NCBI GenBank assembly: GCA_965285935.1
Contig: OZ260664.1
Location: 4,588,001-4,652,000, forward strand
Direction: 5' to 3'
DNA: 64,000 bases
DNA from: Ophelia neglecta
Taxonomy: Eukaryota
The notes beneath the pieces are model-generated. The model did no database searches and was not told where the DNA came from. It worked only from the letters and a program-made list of their open reading frames with translations. Position numbers and translations under genes: made by a program. Of this stretch, positions 59,793 to 64,000 are shown piece after piece; position 1 is the first letter of the stretch; every line of letters starts with the position of its first letter.

Positions 59793-62700
59793 ACCTTCGA
59801 TGGTCCGTTGTCCCGCCAGGGGTAGACTAGTTCCCGGTTGCTTACGCCAATGTCTGTTTCAGCATGTTACCTGTTAATGCGACGAGTATTTTTCATGGTC
59901 TTTAAATGCTACGCGTAGAAGTGATTTGATGATAGGAACTAATTCATTTCATACTAATCTTGCATGCTATCAAGTTAGCGCCCTCTGGAGGCAATACAGC
60001 TGTATTACTGCTTTGTTTGTCTATCGAGTTATCTCTGATGCTAAGACTTATATTGATCAGCGTTATAGTTGTTTTTACTGCATTTCCCAAGGAGGGCTTT
60101 TTTCTAGTTAAATCAAATCACGTCATTTCTTGCATTTCATTAAAAGCTTTTATTCTATCAATGTTTATAATTTTCTCTCTATTTTTCTAGTAATCTATCT
60201 TTTCTAGTAATAATAAATGAACCATGAAATGAATTAAACAAAATCAAAACTACCGACAAAAATGGAATAAATATGCGGTGCAAAGGAATATGTAAGAAGT
60301 TTGGAAGTTTGGAAGTTGAAAGCACAATGTAAGCTGGTGTTATCTGTCTCACACAATCCTTGACGTCAATCAGAATTCTGGGCGACATTTATGTCTTCAT
60401 TTGCCGTGAAATTGTTCTCCCCTGAGTAGCGTCACATTGACAAGTGACATTGCTCTCCTGGTGGATTTCAAACCCTCCAGTGTGCCTTAATTCAATAGTC
60501 TTAAGATTACACTTACTGCAATGGCACCATCTGTAGACAAAGTTAGCATTCCCACAAGGATATTACTCACACGCCATCCCTTGAGGCATATCAAATAAGT
60601 TAACAGAGGAAGTCAATGTAATTGACCACAATGGACGATTGTTTGAGACAATGGAGCCAGACTAAGATATCGCTTTCCCTTGGGAGCCGCAGGAAGAGAA
60701 AGCACTTGATGTTATTTCCGCATGCACCTAGAAACGTGCCTGATGGTAACATTCATTCCGAGTGTATTAGATGAAGCATTCGCATTTATGCTTGTCTACA
60801 TCACACTCAAGACAATGCAACTATCCCATAAGACACACTTCATCAGTAGACTTCCCAGTGAATGCGAATTTCCATGCAATTTGCTGGTGAAGACTCAGGC
60901 GAGATTTATAGTGAGAATTGAGGGAAAGGAACCAAGGCCACAACTAGATTAATCTTTCGTTTTGCGCCCAAAATGCGATCCTACCTTTTTATAGTAAGAT
61001 CTGCTAGCGTACTTTGAACCGACTTAACAGACTATTTTGGACTTTTAACGATTTTTTCTTTCGCCACGTATCCACTGCCATTGTTTGAACAGGCATAACT
61101 TGTGTGAAATATGCAGACCTGAAAACGCGTTCGTCAAAGGTTAGTGTTCACATCGAATAACATACCTTCAGCACCAACTGGGGACTGGTTATGATGGTAA
61201 TGACTGAACTATTTAGAAGGTGTAGTGCCTTAAACTTTGTATCATTTGTTGTTGCAGGCGCCTGCCAAGGCGTCCAACTGTTGTTTGCACCGTTGCTCTG
61301 AGATTGTTCATGGACTTTGCTGAACAGGCCTTTAAAATAACTTAAATATAACGGATTCGTTCGGTGTGACTCATTTTCGGTTTACTAGAGTATCTTTGTA
61401 GAGCAACAAAAATTGAAGAAACATTCAGCCTTAATGCGGGTAACCGCATTCGATGCTTTGAGGCGCACAGTGTCTACTGCCCATCTCAGAACACATCAAA
61501 CCGAAGCTCCGTATGAACCATATGTATGACAACTAGACTACTACTATGCGAATTGAAATCACAATTACTACATTGGTAAGTAACAATATTTTATGGCTAA
61601 AACTAAAGGACATATACAAACGGCTGGCTAGATTGCTGCATTTGCTGTTTTTGTACATGATTTGTGCAAATGCTATCTATTTACAAAAACTCTTAAACAA
61701 ACAACACAAAGTGCATAGCCTTGACTATGTTGAATGAAGTAGAAAAATAATTAAAATACAATTCCTCACATTTAAGCCAGACACTAGCCGACTTTACATA
61801 TTGCTGATGCCACTATCGTATTGGGATGTGGGGATAACATTCCAACGTGCGCTTTGGATTAATTTAATGCTGCTTAATTATTCCTTTGAAACAAGAGATA
61901 CGCAGCTTTGAACTAAATTGCCTCCTTCAGCAATAACTTCAATTGCGTAGTGGGAATGGCGGTGGATACCCGGCACACAAGTCCATGTCCTTATTAGGAA
62001 TAGTCGATTAAATCGATCCAAACACAGGTTGGCCACACTATAGTTCGTGCCATAGCAAGATCTTGTCGTCGTCAGCAGATATTTGGCAATTTTTTCACTA
62101 AGCAATTCTAAACACATCGACTATAATTTATTATGATTGGCTGAAGGTTATATGCGTTAACACAATGACACATTTCTGTAGATGAATGGCTTATTTTGCC
62201 CATAAACCTGTGCATTTTATCGGAATAAGCTGTGAATGGAAATGTTTTGTTTCATCCGAGGACAACATTTGCATCCCAGAGGTTAAGTAAGCAATTTCCT
62301 GAAACCTTTGTCGGCATGGTTCATGGTTCTTCAGCATCTCCAAATCGCAGCTGTTGGTGTGATGGAAGTTCATTTCTATGTGCTGAACATGCTTGGAATT
62401 ACGTATAACGTATCAGGCACGGTTTGCATAATCCTACAGTTCACAGTACTAACATGTAAGAAGCCTTAGCGGAAATTATAGATTTTCGATAAATCTGCGG
62501 CATTGTTGATATTCTTAACGCTTTGGCTTACTGTTGTCCATGCACACTGAGAGCTTAATTTTGTTCTCTGTGTCTTACATGCCTCTCATGTTTTCATAGC
62601 CTTAGTAGCAGCCCTTGCAAAGCATGCTGAAGTGACATGTGTCTAAGCCGTGGCCCAGCGACTCTCAAACACCTGGGGTATAATTATGATGAATGTCTTA

Positions 62701-64000
62701 AATGGTGTAAGACAATGTATGACATATGGTGATCACGTTCTGCTTGTCACTAACACAGTCCTCTCCCAGAGCTGTATCAGATGTAGTACAATGAAGAGAC
62801 AGAAAACAAGAAAAACAATCAGAGCAAAACATAACTTACACATGTCTTCTTCCCAAACATTAACAATACCCGACACGTTTACAAAACACCTCCAAGCTGT
62901 GATATTTGTCCACACTGACACACTGATAGCTGGGAGAAGAATATATTAGTTAATAAAAATTGAAAGAAAAAAAGGACGCAGTATAAGATACATTGTTTGT
63001 GGGGCGAATGGTAAGCAAAAGCTCAAAAAAGATTTGTTTTCGCATAGCAGACAAACATTGTTATTTTCGAAATTTCAAACAATTTTCCCACCCCTCCGTG
63101 TATCTAATGGTGCCTCGTTTATTATTGCAAGAATGCACTCACATTGCCGTCGTCCAAATAGTTTTTTGGACTTTTGTCCGATAAACATATTTCTTCAAAA
63201 AAGTCATAAATTTGTCCTGATTCAATGCAAAAAGTTAACAAATTGTCATGACTAATTGCAAATCATCAGTTTTGCATGTAGCTTAAATCAAATAGACTTT
63301 ATTAAGGTATTGCATCCATCATTTGAAGCATTAAGTGTTTCGCATTGTGTGCGTTTGCTCATGTTTTTTGCCATATCCAATACTATGCTATGAGTCTTAG
63401 TTTCCTCGCCTGCAAAACACTGATTTGATAAACTTTTCGTGTTCTACCCTCTCCTTTTATGCTGTTCTGTACGGCGCATATTTATTAAACTATCAGGCTG
63501 ATAAAGAGTCTATTTACCAACCAGGTAAATGGTAAACGGAATCAAGATGCATGTTTATGTTTGGATACTTCATGGTAGCACCTATACCAGTGCCCAAACC
63601 ATCTCATTCATCAAAAACAGAAGCAGTGAATTCTGGGACGTTTGTCCTTCGCTGCCTGTCATTAATGTTGTCTTACTTTTATTAAGGTTCCAATAAGAAG
63701 AAATCACAGCAAAGAGGTGTCAATTGTTATTACATTACATGCAAAAGGTACATTAAAGGAGAAGAGAAAGAAGGAAACAAGTCCGACATGTAACCTTTTA
63801 GCTGATTGTATTCTGCAATTCATCAAACAAATGTAAATGTCTTTATAGCAGCACTCCTCTGTCTTATAGAAGGCATCGTTGAAAGCCTGTCAATACTCAA
63901 CAGATTGCCAGGATTTGTAAGGCTTCTATGTCTGGTTTTACCCCATAAACCATGGTAAGTGATGGCACGCCTCTGACATGATATCCAAGTGCTGTATATT

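Noticed and set aside
60170-64000. Possible decayed transposase or exons near the right end
   Set aside because: Only short ORFs with no motif I can support.

Overview
Eukaryotic, AT-rich animal DNA with spliceosomal introns. The repeat content (tRNA-SINE, Penelope-like remnants, MITEs) suggests a lophotrochozoan or mollusc-like invertebrate; that assignment is inference. Genes I can read: (1) an intronless FMRFamide-receptor-like class A GPCR running off the left edge on the minus strand, missed by the ORF track; (2) an apparently intact ~5.5-kb two-ORF APE-RT non-LTR retrotransposon (minus); (3) an intronless ORF with two N-terminal hydrophobic helices and a C-terminal SOCS box (plus), lying between two Penelope-like RT fragments; (4) a 7-exon uronyl/heparan-sulfate 2-O-sulfotransferase-like gene (minus) with one missing splice acceptor; (5) a ~9-exon gene (minus) in which a lysine-depleted, Gly-Gly-less ubiquitin-like domain and two possible degenerate beta-grasp units sit inside a split uncharacterised domain. 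From ~37 kb to 64 kb I find no credible gene, only a SINE, LINE debris, minisatellites, diverged duplications and a templated insertion. All exon models were read by hand and need RNA-seq confirmation.
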